NCBI GenBank assembly: GCA_964203045.1
Contig: CAXNKU010000002.1
Location: 7,269-71,268, forward strand
Reading direction: 5' to 3'
Length of the DNA: 64,000 nucleotides
From: Gaiellales bacterium
GTDB lineage: Bacteria; Actinomycetota; Thermoleophilia; Gaiellales; F1-60-MAGs149
Part shown: positions 21,782 to 31,347 of the stretch, piece by piece
Numbering within the stretch: the stretch's first letter is position 1
Layout of the letters: every line of letters begins with the position of its first letter
The notes under the pieces: model-generated
What the model was told of the DNA's origin: nothing
Databases searched by the model: none
The model's input: the letters and a program-made list of their open reading frames with translations, nothing else
Position numbers and translations under genes: made by a program

Positions 21782-22779
21782 GCGGTGAAGCGGACGCCAG
21801 CGCCCGACTCGATCTCGCCGATCGCCCATGCGTCGGTGCCCTGCTCGTGGAGCGCGGCCAGCGCGGCAGCCTCGTCGGTTGCTGCTACTACGGCGATCAT
21901 GCCGATGCCGATGTTGAAGACGCGGCGTAGCTCGTCTTCTTCGACGCCCTGGTCGGCGAGCCACTGTACGACACTGGGCCGCGGCCAAGCCGTCGGGTCG
22001 ACAACCATGCCGCAGCCGGCGGGGATGACCCGCGGCGCATTGCCTTCGATGCCACCACCCGTGATGTGCGCAAGTGCGTGCACGTCGACGGCGGCGCGCA
22101 ATGCGCGGATGTCTGCGACGTAGATCTTGGTTGGCGCGAGTAGGTCGTCGGGTGCATTCTTGAGTCCGCCGGCGCGCTCGACGACGCGACGCACGAGTGA
22201 GAAACCATTGGAGTGCAACCCCGATGAGGCGATCCCGATTACCCGATCGCCAGCCGCCACCTTGGTGCCGTCGATCATGCGGCTGCGCTCGACGATGCCA
22301 ACGGCGAAGCCAGCGACATCGAGGCTGTCGGCGTCCATCACCCCTGGATGCTCGGCCGTCTCGCCGCCAAGCAGGGCGGCGCCCGACTGGCGGCAACCAT
22401 CGGCGATGCCCTCCACGAGCGTCGCGACGACCTCGGGATCGAGCACACCAACGGAGACGTAATCGAGAAACAGCAGTGGCTCGGCGCCGACGCAGAGAAT
22501 GTCGTTGACGCACATCCCCACGCAGTCGATACCCGCGGCGTGCAACGAGCCCGCCTCGCGGTGCAGCTCGAGCTTCGTGCCCACGCCGTCGGTCCCCGCA
22601 ACCAACACGGGATCCTCGTAGCCAAGTCCACCGAGCGCCAAGAGGCCAGCAAAACCGCCATGCGCATCGATGACACCGGGGCGAACCGTCGAGCGAACGG
22701 CACCCTTAAGGCGCTCGACGACAGCGTCGGCGGCCTCGAGTGAGACGCCGGCTGCAGCGTAGGTCAGGTCGTCGGCCAC
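21778..22779 (-). CDS. purM: AIR synthetase
   Basis: TDGVGTK, GGETAEHP, SSGLHSNGFSL and HITGGG. Confidence 0.97.
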   Translation of the reverse strand: MADDLTYAAAGVSLEAADAVVERLKGAVRSTVRPGVIDAHGGFAGLLALGGLGYEDPVLVAGTDGVGTKLELHREAGSLHAAGIDCVGMCVNDILCVGAEPLLFLDYVSVGVLDPEVVATLVEGIADGCRQSGAALLGGETAEHPGVMDADSLDVAGFAVGIVERSRMIDGTKVAAGDRVIGIASSGLHSNGFSLVRRVVERAGGLKNAPDDLLAPTKIYVADIRALRAAVDVHALAHITGGGIEGNAPRVIPAGCGMVVDPTAWPRPSVVQWLADQGVEEDELRRVFNIGIGMIAVVAATDEAAALAALHEQGTDAWAIGEIESGAGVRFTA

Positions 22780-22781
22780 GC

Positions 22782-24176
22782 TCAGGCCACCGGCAGCCGC
22801 GTCGCTTCGAAGCGGTCCTTGTCGGCAGCGATCGGCACGGTCGTCGGGTACTTCCCGGTCAAGCAGGCGCGGCAGTAGCGCTCGTCGCCATGGCCCGTCG
22901 CGGCCTCGAGCCCCTCGAGTGAGAGGTAGGCGAGCGAATCGGCGCCAAGGTGCTGGCGGATCTCCTCGATCGACTTGTGCGCGGCAATCAGCTGATCTGT
23001 GGTGGCCATGTCGATGCCATAGAAACAGGGCGAGATGACCGGCGGCGACGAGATGCGCAGATGGACCTCGGTGGCGCCGGCACCGCGCAGCATCTCAACG
23101 ATCTTGCGAGTGGTCGTGCCGCGCACGATCGAATCGTCGACCACGATCACACGACGCCCCGACAGCACGTCGGGCATCGGATTGAACTTCAACTTAATGC
23201 CGTGCTCGCGCAGCGCCTGGTCGGGCTGGATGAAGGTGCGTCCGACGTAGCGATTCTTGACGAGACCATCCGCATAGGGAATGCCGCTCTTGCGTGCGTA
23301 GCCCTGTGCGGCGGGTGCGCCAGAGTCGGGGATCGGGATCACCACGTCTGCCTCGACGGGCGACTCCTCTGCCAGGCGCTCACCCATCCGCTCGCGCGCA
23401 CCGTGCAGGTGCACCCCGTCGAGCTTGGAATCGGGTCGTGCGAAATAGATGAACTCGAAGACGCAGAGCGCCGGTGCATGCTCCGTGCCGGCCTTGATCG
23501 GAATGCTCTGCACCCCATCGGCCGTGCAGACAACAATCTCGCCTGGCTCGATGTCGCGCACCAGCTTCGCGCCAACGATATCGAGTGCACAGGACTCAGA
23601 GGCCAACACTGGATGACCATCGAGATCGCCGAGCACCAGCGGGCGGATGCCATCTGGGTCGCGGAAGCCGATCATCTGCGTCTCGTCCATCACGATCGCC
23701 GCGAAGGCTCCGGTGATCTTTGACATCGCAAGCTTTACGCCCTCGACGAGCGAGCCGGCGTGCTCGCAGATGAGTGCCGCGATTACCTCCGTATCGGAGG
23801 TCGTCTCGAAGGCGATGCCCTCGGTCTCTAGCTCTTGACGCAACTCCGTGGTGTTCGTCAGGTTGCCGTTATGGGCCAGCACAACCGAGCGGCCCTGACG
23901 GTGTCGTACGACCGGCTGAGCGTTCTGCCAGGCAGACGAACCCGTCGTCGAGTAGCGCGCATGACCAACGGCCGCGAAGCCCTGCAGCGTCTCGAGCGTC
24001 GACTCGTCGAATACCTGCGAGACGAGGCCCAATTCGCGCACGGCAGTGATACGACGGCCGTCGGTGACGGCAATGCCTGCGCTCTCTTGCCCGCGATGTT
24101 GCAACGCGTAGAGACCGAAGTAGGTGAGCCGAGCGACGTCACGATCCGGAGCGTAGATGCCGAAGACGCCGCACAT
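22782..24176 (-). CDS. purF: Amidophosphoribosyltransferase
   Basis: MCGVFG, LQHRGQESAG and VDDSIVRGTT. Confidence 0.97.
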   Translation of the reverse strand: MCGVFGIYAPDRDVARLTYFGLYALQHRGQESAGIAVTDGRRITAVRELGLVSQVFDESTLETLQGFAAVGHARYSTTGSSAWQNAQPVVRHRQGRSVVLAHNGNLTNTTELRQELETEGIAFETTSDTEVIAALICEHAGSLVEGVKLAMSKITGAFAAIVMDETQMIGFRDPDGIRPLVLGDLDGHPVLASESCALDIVGAKLVRDIEPGEIVVCTADGVQSIPIKAGTEHAPALCVFEFIYFARPDSKLDGVHLHGARERMGERLAEESPVEADVVIPIPDSGAPAAQGYARKSGIPYADGLVKNRYVGRTFIQPDQALREHGIKLKFNPMPDVLSGRRVIVVDDSIVRGTTTRKIVEMLRGAGATEVHLRISSPPVISPCFYGIDMATTDQLIAAHKSIEEIRQHLGADSLAYLSLEGLEAATGHGDERYCRACLTGKYPTTVPIAADKDRFEATRLPVA

Positions 24177-24178
24177 GG

Positions 24179-26389
24179 CTAGGCAGCCCCGATCAACTCT
24201 GGCAGCGTTGCGGCATGAATTGCGGAGGCTTCGGCGAGTGCCAGCGATGCCACCGCAGCACCAGTGCTGACGTGAATGCGCTCGCCGCCAGCCGTGCCAA
24301 CGATCTGGGCAGGAACACCATGGCGTGTTGCCAAATCGAGCATCGCATCAGCATCGTTGACGGCCACCAAGACCAGCCCGCCGCCTGGCTCGCCGAACAG
24401 CGTGATGTCGTCGCGCGTTGCCAGCTCGGGCAATTCGATTTTGATACCGACACGACCTGCAATCGCCATCTCGGCTGCCGCGACAGCGAGTCCACCTTCG
24501 GCAGCATCGTGGGCGGCATGTGTGATGCCCTGCGCCGCTGCCTCGACGAGCACGTCGATCAGGTGCGCCTCTGCCTCGAGGTCGACGTCGGGAATGCGAC
24601 CAGCCACGCTGCCGAAGACGTACGCCTGATACTCCGAGCCATCGACGGACGGCTCTGCATCGCCGAGCAACACGATCGTCGCACCGCTCTGCGGAGCCGC
24701 ACCAATCGCACAGGCCGCGTCTTCGATCAGCCCCACACAACCGACGATGGGCGATGGTGGAATCGGTCCACCGGAGTGCTCGTTGTAGAGCGAGACGTTG
24801 CCCGAGACGACGGGCGCTTGGAGCGCCTCGCAGGCCTCGGCCATGCCCTCCACAGACTCGACGAACATGTACGGCGTCTCGCCGCGCTCGGGGTTTCCGA
24901 AGTTGAGGCAGTTCGTAATTGCCAGCGGTCGACCGCCCGTGCAGGCGACGTTGCGCGCTGCCTCGGCGACAGCCTGCCGTCCACCACGTCGCGGATCGAG
25001 CCACGTGCGACGACCACTGCCGTCGAGCGCAGCGGCGATCGCTCGCTTGGAGCCAGGCAGCCGCACGACGCCCGCATCGGCGCCTGGGCGAATGACGGTT
25101 CCGCCACCCACGATCTGGTCGTACTGCTGAAAAATCGCGGCCTTGGAGGCGATATTCGGCGCGCCAAGCAGGCTCGTCAGCGCCATCGTTGCGTCTGGCT
25201 CGGCCGGCAGCTCGGCGATCGCCAATGGTTCGGTGGCGAGTCGATTGGGGCGCTGCGGATCGAGCGTGTAGCGGGGACAATCGTCGACAAGAGCAGCCAC
25301 CGGAATATCCCCAACGACCGTATCTCCCATCGTGCAGATCAGGTGATCGCCTTCGACAACCTCGCCGATCACGGAGCACTCGAGTTCCCAGCGGGCGCAG
25401 AGCGCTTCGACATCGGCCAGGCGACGAGGCTCGACGCACGCGAGCATGCGCTCTTGCGACTCGGAGATCATGATCTCGAAGGCCTCCATGTCGTCCTCGC
25501 GCAGCGGCACCTTGGCGAGATCGAGTCGCACGCCGACAGGACCACGCGATGCCATTTCCGACGCGGACGAGGCGAGCCCTGCGGCGCCGAGATCTTGCAG
25601 ACCAACGAGGACGTCGTCGCGCACGAGTTCGAGCGAGGTTTCGATGAGGCGCTTGCCCATGTACGGGTCGCCGATTTGCACCGTCGGGCGCTTCTCGTCG
25701 CCACCCGCATCGATGTCCTGCGAGGCGAGCACGGATGCTCCACCGATGCCATCCCGCCCGGTACGCGCACCAAACAGCACGACGAGGTTGCCGATGCCAG
25801 CGGCGGTCGCGCTCTTGAGATCGGAGGCCTTGAGGACGCCGATACCCATCGCATTGACGAGGCACGATTGCTCGTAACCAGCGTCGAAACGCACTTCGCC
25901 ACCGATGTTAGCGACGCCAACGCAATTGCCGTAGTGACCGATACCGCGCACGGCTCCGTCCAAGAGGCGCCGCGTACGCTCGGTTGCTGGATCGCCAAAG
26001 CGGAGCGAGTCGAGAATCGCGATCGGACGGGCACCCATCGCGAAAATATCGCGCAGAATGCCGCCGACACCGGTTGCGGCGCCTTGAAATGGCTCAACTG
26101 CAGACGGGTGGTTGTGGCTCTCGACCTTGAAGGCCACGCCAAGACCATCGCCAACGTCGACAACGCCCGCATTTTCGCCGGGACCCTGCAAAACGGCGGG
26201 CCCGGTCGTTGGAAAACGACGCAGAATCGCCTTTGAATGCTTGTAGCCGCAGTGCTCGCTCCAAAGCAGTGAAAAGACCGCGAGTTCGAAGTGATTCGGG
26301 TCTCGACCGAGCAACGCGACGATTTGCGTGTACTCGTCATCCCTTAACCCAAGTTGGCGGTGCAGTTGGGGTTCGGAGACCGGGTTCAC
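24179..26389 (-). CDS. purL: FGAM synthase subunit PurL
   Basis: WSEHCGYK, KVESHNHPS, QDLGAAG and NCLNFGNP; start taken at GTG 26389. Confidence 0.96.
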   Translation of the reverse strand: MNPVSEPQLHRQLGLRDDEYTQIVALLGRDPNHFELAVFSLLWSEHCGYKHSKAILRRFPTTGPAVLQGPGENAGVVDVGDGLGVAFKVESHNHPSAVEPFQGAATGVGGILRDIFAMGARPIAILDSLRFGDPATERTRRLLDGAVRGIGHYGNCVGVANIGGEVRFDAGYEQSCLVNAMGIGVLKASDLKSATAAGIGNLVVLFGARTGRDGIGGASVLASQDIDAGGDEKRPTVQIGDPYMGKRLIETSLELVRDDVLVGLQDLGAAGLASSASEMASRGPVGVRLDLAKVPLREDDMEAFEIMISESQERMLACVEPRRLADVEALCARWELECSVIGEVVEGDHLICTMGDTVVGDIPVAALVDDCPRYTLDPQRPNRLATEPLAIAELPAEPDATMALTSLLGAPNIASKAAIFQQYDQIVGGGTVIRPGADAGVVRLPGSKRAIAAALDGSGRRTWLDPRRGGRQAVAEAARNVACTGGRPLAITNCLNFGNPERGETPYMFVESVEGMAEACEALQAPVVSGNVSLYNEHSGGPIPPSPIVGCVGLIEDAACAIGAAPQSGATIVLLGDAEPSVDGSEYQAYVFGSVAGRIPDVDLEAEAHLIDVLVEAAAQGITHAAHDAAEGGLAVAAAEMAIAGRVGIKIELPELATRDDITLFGEPGGGLVLVAVNDADAMLDLATRHGVPAQIVGTAGGERIHVSTGAAVASLALAEASAIHAATLPELIGAA

Positions 26390-26536
26390 GCGTTGACCAA
26401 CTCTAGCGGAGGCGTCTGCTGTAGGCCCCCTTTCGCGCCGATCTGGGGTGCCTGTGTGAGCGTCTACCGCGTGTCGTTGCAAGAGTTGGCCGACGCTGTC
26501 ACTCGCGCACGTGTCGTCTAGCGCAAGACTCGAGCC

Positions 26537-26863
26537 ATGAAGACCATCCCCTCCTCCCCACCTGCCCCCGCCCGTCGCGCCACGATCGCCGTGCCCGGTG
26601 GTCGCGCCACCCTGACCGCTGAGGTCGTCGAGATCGGCGACAGCGAGACCGGAGACATCGTGCTGCAATCGCTTGAACGCAGCGACGGGCGCTGCTTTCT
26701 CCGCCTCGGCTATCGCCGCAATGGCCGCCTCGTGCGCGGGCCTGTCAGTTTCGAGCCACGCGCCTTCGCGCGCCTCGTCAAGCAGGCCGCGAAAGACGCC
26801 ACAATCGGACCTCTGCTCCCAGACGGTAAGCCCGTCGCGACCGCTCGCCGCCAGCGCGCCTAA
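26537..26863 (+). CDS. Hypothetical protein
   Basis: 108-aa ORF with host-like codon usage, 9 nt upstream of the PAC2 gene. Confidence 0.6.
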   Translation: MKTIPSSPPAPARRATIAVPGGRATLTAEVVEIGDSETGDIVLQSLERSDGRCFLRLGYRRNGRLVRGPVSFEPRAFARLVKQAAKDATIGPLLPDGKPVATARRQRA

Positions 26864-26872
26864 TGTTCGGGT

Positions 26873-27808
26873 GTGAGCACGATTCATTTCAGCAGCAAGC
26901 CTGCGTTGCGCGACCCGATTCTCGTTGCTGCCTTTCGTGGCTGGAATGACGGCGGCTCGGCTGCCACGGTCGCTGCAGCCTTTCTGAAGAACCGCTGTGA
27001 GGCCAAACGCTTCGCCGTGATCGACCCGGATCGCTTCGTCGACTACCAGCAGACGCGCCCGATGGTCTCGATCGAAGAGGGCCAGGTTCGTGAGATCACG
27101 TGGCCTGAAACCGAGTTTTTCCATGCCCGCCTGCCGAATAGCAAGCGCGATCTACTGCTGGTGATCGGTGTTGAGCCGAACTTTCGCTGGCGCGAATTTA
27201 GCAAGGCGATTGCGGAACTCGCGGTCGAGACGAATGTCGCTCTGGCGGTGACGCTCGGCGGTCTCCTCGCCGACACGCCCCACACCCGTGCAATCCCGGT
27301 CTCTGGTGCCGCCCACGATCCTGCGCTCCTGGAGCGCTTCGACGACTTAGAGCCAGTCCGCTACGAGGGGCCGACCGGCATTGTTGGCGTGCTCCACGAC
27401 GACCTCAGCAAGGCCGGCATTCCTTCGGCCAGCCTCTGGGCGGCCGTGCCCCACTACCTCGGTGGCAACCCGAACCCAACGGCTGCGCTCGCGCTGGTTC
27501 AGGCTCTGGAACCACTCGTTGAATGCGAGCTCTCGCCGACGGAACTCGAAAAGGCCTCGGCTGAGTTCGACCGCCAGATTGCTCGCGTCGTCGAGAAGGA
27601 CGCGGAGATGCGTTCGTACGTGACCGATCTCGAGGATCGCCTCGACAACGGAGACGAGTACGACGAAGACGAGGACGAAGATGACGACGCGGACGATGAC
27701 GACGACGAAGACGTCGACGACATCACCAGCGAGACGCGCATTCCCAGTGGCGACGAGATCGCCGCGGAGCTTCAAGAGTTTCTGCGCGAGCAGCGCGACG
27801 ACAGCTAG
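26873..27808 (+). CDS. PAC2 family (proteasome assembly chaperone-like) protein with a long acidic insert
   Basis: AFRGWNDGG, GVEPNFRW, LADTPHTR, YEGPTG, WAAVPHY and PSGDEIAAEL; D/E tract at ~27650-27722. Confidence 0.9.
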   Translation: MSTIHFSSKPALRDPILVAAFRGWNDGGSAATVAAAFLKNRCEAKRFAVIDPDRFVDYQQTRPMVSIEEGQVREITWPETEFFHARLPNSKRDLLLVIGVEPNFRWREFSKAIAELAVETNVALAVTLGGLLADTPHTRAIPVSGAAHDPALLERFDDLEPVRYEGPTGIVGVLHDDLSKAGIPSASLWAAVPHYLGGNPNPTAALALVQALEPLVECELSPTELEKASAEFDRQIARVVEKDAEMRSYVTDLEDRLDNGDEYDEDEDEDDDADDDDDEDVDDITSETRIPSGDEIAAELQEFLREQRDDS

Positions 27809-27816
27809 TTCGAGCG

Positions 27817-27915
27817 GGAGGACACCACATCCGCGCGGTTGTCATGTCCTCCTTGAGTTCCGTCGCGCCTCTGATCAAGGGAGGACATGACAACCGCGCG
27901 GATGTGGTGTCCTCC
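27817..27915. repeat. Exactly inverted pair of 36-bp GGAGGACA...TGTCCTCC palindromes (REP doublet/REPIN-like)
   Basis: 27817-27852 GGAGGACACCACATCCGCGCGGTTGTCATGTCCTCC is the exact reverse complement of 27880-27915. It lies between convergent genes. Confidence 0.9.
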
Positions 27916-27944
27916 TTGGAACACGGCGACGAACCTGATTGCGG

Positions 27945-29174
27945 CTAGCCCGCAGCGGCGAGCGCTGCGAGATCGACAGCGGGGTCGGCCAGCTGCTCTC
28001 GTGTTGGCGAGACGCCAGCGGCGAATAGCTTGCGCACACCCCGCAGCGTCTTCATGTCACTGACGGAGAAGGCTGCACGCATCGTGCCCTCACGCAGATA
28101 GAAGGCAGTACAGGCCGGCAGAGCTTGGTCGCCCCGCCAGACGATCTCGTCGTCGGGACGCGTAACGCCAACAACGTTGAGTGTGATGTCGCCTTGGTCC
28201 GACCAGAATGAGGGAAGGTCGTCATAGCGACCCTCACCGGTAGCAATTTGTTCGGCCGCAACCTGACCGTGCCCAATCGCAACGGCCGCGTGCTCGACGC
28301 GGATGCGATCTTCGTCGGCCCAGGTGCTGGGGAACGCCGCGATGTCGCCCACGGCATAGACATCGGCGACGCTCGTGCGCATGCCCGCGTCGACCTTGAT
28401 GCCACCAACGACCTCCTCACACCCCAACTGCTGTGCGAGCTCGAGCCGTGGTGTCTGTCCGACAGCGACGATCACCAAGTCGGCATCGATCTCTTCGCCG
28501 CCAACGAGGCGTACGCCGGTCGCGATGTCGTCGCCGGAGACCTGCTCGACCCCCACTCCCGCACGCACGACAACGCCCCGGTCCGTTGCCCACTGGAGGA
28601 CGCGCTCGGCAACTTCCAGCCCCAACGGTCGACTCATCGGCTCGGGCGCAGCCTCGAGTACCGTCGCCGTGTGTCCCGCCGCTACCGCTGCAGCAGCGAC
28701 CTCCATACCGATGAAGCCACCGCCAATAATCGCCAGGTGCTTCGGTCCAGTCGCGAGCACAGCCTGAATTTCGAGCGCCTCGTCGAGTCGCGTCACGCGA
28801 TACACGCCTGGCAGATCGAGCCCAGGGATCGGTAACTGTCGTGGCGCACAACCGGTGGCAAGCACGAGCGCATCCCAGGCCACGGTCGAGCCGTCAGACA
28901 ACTCAGCGGTCTTCGCCGTCGCGTCGGCGCCTGTCACAGTCACTCCACGCCGCAGGTCGATAGCTTCCTGCTCGTACACCTCCGGTGCGGGTTTGATGAC
29001 CTTGTTCATGTCGGCAGTACCGATCACGACTGACTTCGAGAGTGGCGGACGGTCGTACGGATACTCCGAGTCGTCGCCGACCAAGACGATCTCGCCCGTC
29101 CACCCAACGCGTCGGAGCGTCAAGGCTGCGGCGCGCCCCGCCATGCCCGAACCTGCAATCAGTGCGATCGTCAT
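27945..29174 (-). CDS. NAD(P)H:ferredoxin reductase (oxygenase-coupled type)
   Basis: PYDRPPLSK, IIGGGFIGME, YAVGD and PSFWSDQ. Confidence 0.9.
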   Translation of the reverse strand: MTIALIAGSGMAGRAAALTLRRVGWTGEIVLVGDDSEYPYDRPPLSKSVVIGTADMNKVIKPAPEVYEQEAIDLRRGVTVTGADATAKTAELSDGSTVAWDALVLATGCAPRQLPIPGLDLPGVYRVTRLDEALEIQAVLATGPKHLAIIGGGFIGMEVAAAAVAAGHTATVLEAAPEPMSRPLGLEVAERVLQWATDRGVVVRAGVGVEQVSGDDIATGVRLVGGEEIDADLVIVAVGQTPRLELAQQLGCEEVVGGIKVDAGMRTSVADVYAVGDIAAFPSTWADEDRIRVEHAAVAIGHGQVAAEQIATGEGRYDDLPSFWSDQGDITLNVVGVTRPDDEIVWRGDQALPACTAFYLREGTMRAAFSVSDMKTLRGVRKLFAAGVSPTREQLADPAVDLAALAAAG

Positions 29175-29183
29175 CGAGCCGAC

Positions 29184-29495
29184 CTAGACGTCGACGAGGA
29201 CAGAGTCGCCGTCAACCGTGACGGTAAAGACCTCGACGGCCTCGGTGGCAGGAGGACAGTCGGGATCGCCGGTCGTGAGGTTGAAGGCAGAGCCGTGAAG
29301 CGGGCACTCGATTGCCATGTCGTCGGCGAGAAAGTCGCCTTCAGACAGCGAGGCCTCAGCGTGCGGGCAGTCATCGCAGATGGCGTGGATGGTGTCGCCG
29401 ACACGCACGATGCAGAGCGCAGTGCCGTCAGCCTCGACGCGCGTTGGTGTGCCTTCGGGAAAATCGCTGAGCGAGCCGATCGATACCTGGGTCAT
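29184..29495 (-). CDS. Rieske-type [2Fe-2S] ferredoxin
   Basis: CPH...IECPLHGSAF motifs, 103 aa. Confidence 0.92.
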   Translation of the reverse strand: MTQVSIGSLSDFPEGTPTRVEADGTALCIVRVGDTIHAICDDCPHAEASLSEGDFLADDMAIECPLHGSAFNLTTGDPDCPPATEAVEVFTVTVDGDSVLVDV

Positions 29496-29565
29496 AGTCG
29501 CATTCCTTCTTGGTTGGTTACCCACAGCGTGGGGCGCGCAGATGAGGCGCAGCGTAGGGTGAACG

Positions 29566-30219
29566 TTAGGAGTTGATGAGACGGCCGACGAGTAGTTGAC
29601 CGTCGATCGAACCGAGGATCGGGTCGACTGCGTGCTCGGGGTGTGGCATCAGGCCGCAGACGTTGCCGGCCGCGTTGGTGACACACGCCACGCGCCGCGT
29701 CGCGCCGTTGACATCCTCGGCGTAGCGCAGCAGCACCTGGCCATTTTCTTCGAGCTCGTCCAGCCCCTCTTCGGGGTGGAACCAGGCACCATCGCCGTGC
29801 TTGACGGGGACTGTGATCGTCGTGCCAACGGCACGGTTGCCGATCCACGGCGATTCTTGCTCGACGATCAACTCGACGTCGCGGCAGATAAAGCGCTGCC
29901 CGTGGTTGGGCGTCAGGATGCCAGGCAAGAGGTCTGCCTCGCAGAGAATTTGGAAGCCGTTGCAGATGCCGAGCACCGGGCCACCAGCGGCAGCGAACTC
30001 GGCGACGGCGCCCATGATCGGCGAGAAACGTGCGAGTGCGCCGCAGCGCAGATGGTCGCCGTACGAGAAGCCGCCGGGCAACAGAATCGCGTCGACGCCT
30101 TGCAGGTCGGTGCTGCCGTGCCAGAGCGAGACGGCCTCGCCGCCAACCACGCCAACTGCGCGCATCGCATCGCGATCGTCGAGCGAGCCAAGGAACGTGA
30201 TGACGCCGACCTTAGCCAA
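29566..30219 (-). CDS. purQ: FGAM synthase glutaminase subunit
   Basis: PGGFSYGD, GICNGFQ and GLMPHPE. Confidence 0.96.
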   Translation of the reverse strand: MAKVGVITFLGSLDDRDAMRAVGVVGGEAVSLWHGSTDLQGVDAILLPGGFSYGDHLRCGALARFSPIMGAVAEFAAAGGPVLGICNGFQILCEADLLPGILTPNHGQRFICRDVELIVEQESPWIGNRAVGTTITVPVKHGDGAWFHPEEGLDELEENGQVLLRYAEDVNGATRRVACVTNAAGNVCGLMPHPEHAVDPILGSIDGQLLVGRLINS

Positions 30220-30448
30220 CGATGACCTCGAACCCCTCGATCAGGTCGTTCGACAAGACGCGCGCTGCCATCTCGGCGCCGAGGCGCTCGGCCTCTTTGG
30301 GATCATCGGTGTCGATTTCGAGGTCGAAGATGCTGCCGGCAGAGACGGCGCTGACGGGGTAGCCAAGGCCACCCAGCGAGCGGCCGATGGCCTCGCCTTG
30401 AGGATCACGAATGCCCGTCTTGGGCCGTACCAGTACGGTCACTCTCAC
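30212..30448 (-). CDS. purS: FGAM synthase subunit PurS
   Basis: DPQG motif, 78 aa, located between purC and purQ. Confidence 0.93.
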   Translation of the reverse strand: MRVTVLVRPKTGIRDPQGEAIGRSLGGLGYPVSAVSAGSIFDLEIDTDDPKEAERLGAEMAARVLSNDLIEGFEVIVG

Positions 30449-31344
30449 CGGTCTACCTCCATCTTGTCCAAATACTCGTCGAGCGTGGAATCAGTCAATA
30501 GTTCGTAGGCCTCACGGTAGCGCCCGGCCGTCCCGTCAACGACCTTGGCCGGCAACTCTGGCCCCGGCGCCGACTTGTCCCAGTCGAGCGTCTCGAGGTA
30601 GTCGCGGACGTACTGCTTGTCGTACGACGGTGGCGAGATGCCTGTGCGCCAACCGTCGATGGGCCACCAACGCGAGGAGTCGGGGGTCATCACCTCATCG
30701 CCAAGTACGAGCCGGCGATCGGGGTCGTAGCCGAACTCGAACTTCGTATCGGCGAGGATGATGCCGCGCTCGAGCGCATGGGCAGCGGCGTAGTCGTAGA
30801 GCGCGATCGATGCTCGCTCGACCGCCTCGTACTCCTCGGAGCCGATTAGGTTGCGGGCCTGCACGGTCGAGATGTTCTCGTCGTGGTCGCCCAGCTCGGC
30901 TTTGGTGGCGGGAGTAAAGATCGCGCGGGGCAGCTGCTCGGCCTCTTGAAGACCGGGTTCGAGCTCGTGGCCCGAAACCGTGCCCGTCGCCTGGTAATCC
31001 TTCCAGCCAGAGCCGGCGAGGTAGCCACGCACCACGCACTCGATTGGCAGCATCTCGAGGCGCTCGCAGAGCATCGCGCGCCCACGCAACTCTGGATCGG
31101 CCGCCTCGTCTGGCAACTCGCCGGGCCAGGCACCCCGTAGGTGGTTCGGCACGATCGCTTGTGTCTGCTCGAGCCAGAACAGCGTCATCCCGGTCAGGAC
31201 GCGGCCCTTCTGTGGGATCGGATTGGGCATGATCACATCGAAGGCACTGATGCGATCGCTCGCCACCAGCAACAGTCCATCAGAGCCGAGGTCGTAGAGC
31301 TCGCGGACCTTGCCCGAGCCGATCAGGTACTTCTCTAGCCCCAC
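30445..31344 (-). CDS. purC: SAICAR synthetase
   Basis: GKVRELY, SDRISAFD, ADTKFEFG and TPDSSR. Confidence 0.97.
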   Translation of the reverse strand: MGLEKYLIGSGKVRELYDLGSDGLLLVASDRISAFDVIMPNPIPQKGRVLTGMTLFWLEQTQAIVPNHLRGAWPGELPDEAADPELRGRAMLCERLEMLPIECVVRGYLAGSGWKDYQATGTVSGHELEPGLQEAEQLPRAIFTPATKAELGDHDENISTVQARNLIGSEEYEAVERASIALYDYAAAHALERGIILADTKFEFGYDPDRRLVLGDEVMTPDSSRWWPIDGWRTGISPPSYDKQYVRDYLETLDWDKSAPGPELPAKVVDGTAGRYREAYELLTDSTLDEYLDKMEVDR

Positions 31345-31347
31345 CCG

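Noticed and set aside
24215..26236. Long opposite-strand ORFs (also 33860-35878, 36872-38743, 41538-42974)
   Set aside because: Antisense shadows of well-supported genes, expected in high-GC DNA; no recognisable motifs.
26390..26536. Riboswitch upstream of purL
   Set aside because: No ZTP, purine or PRPP riboswitch consensus is recognisable by eye; an Rfam scan is needed.
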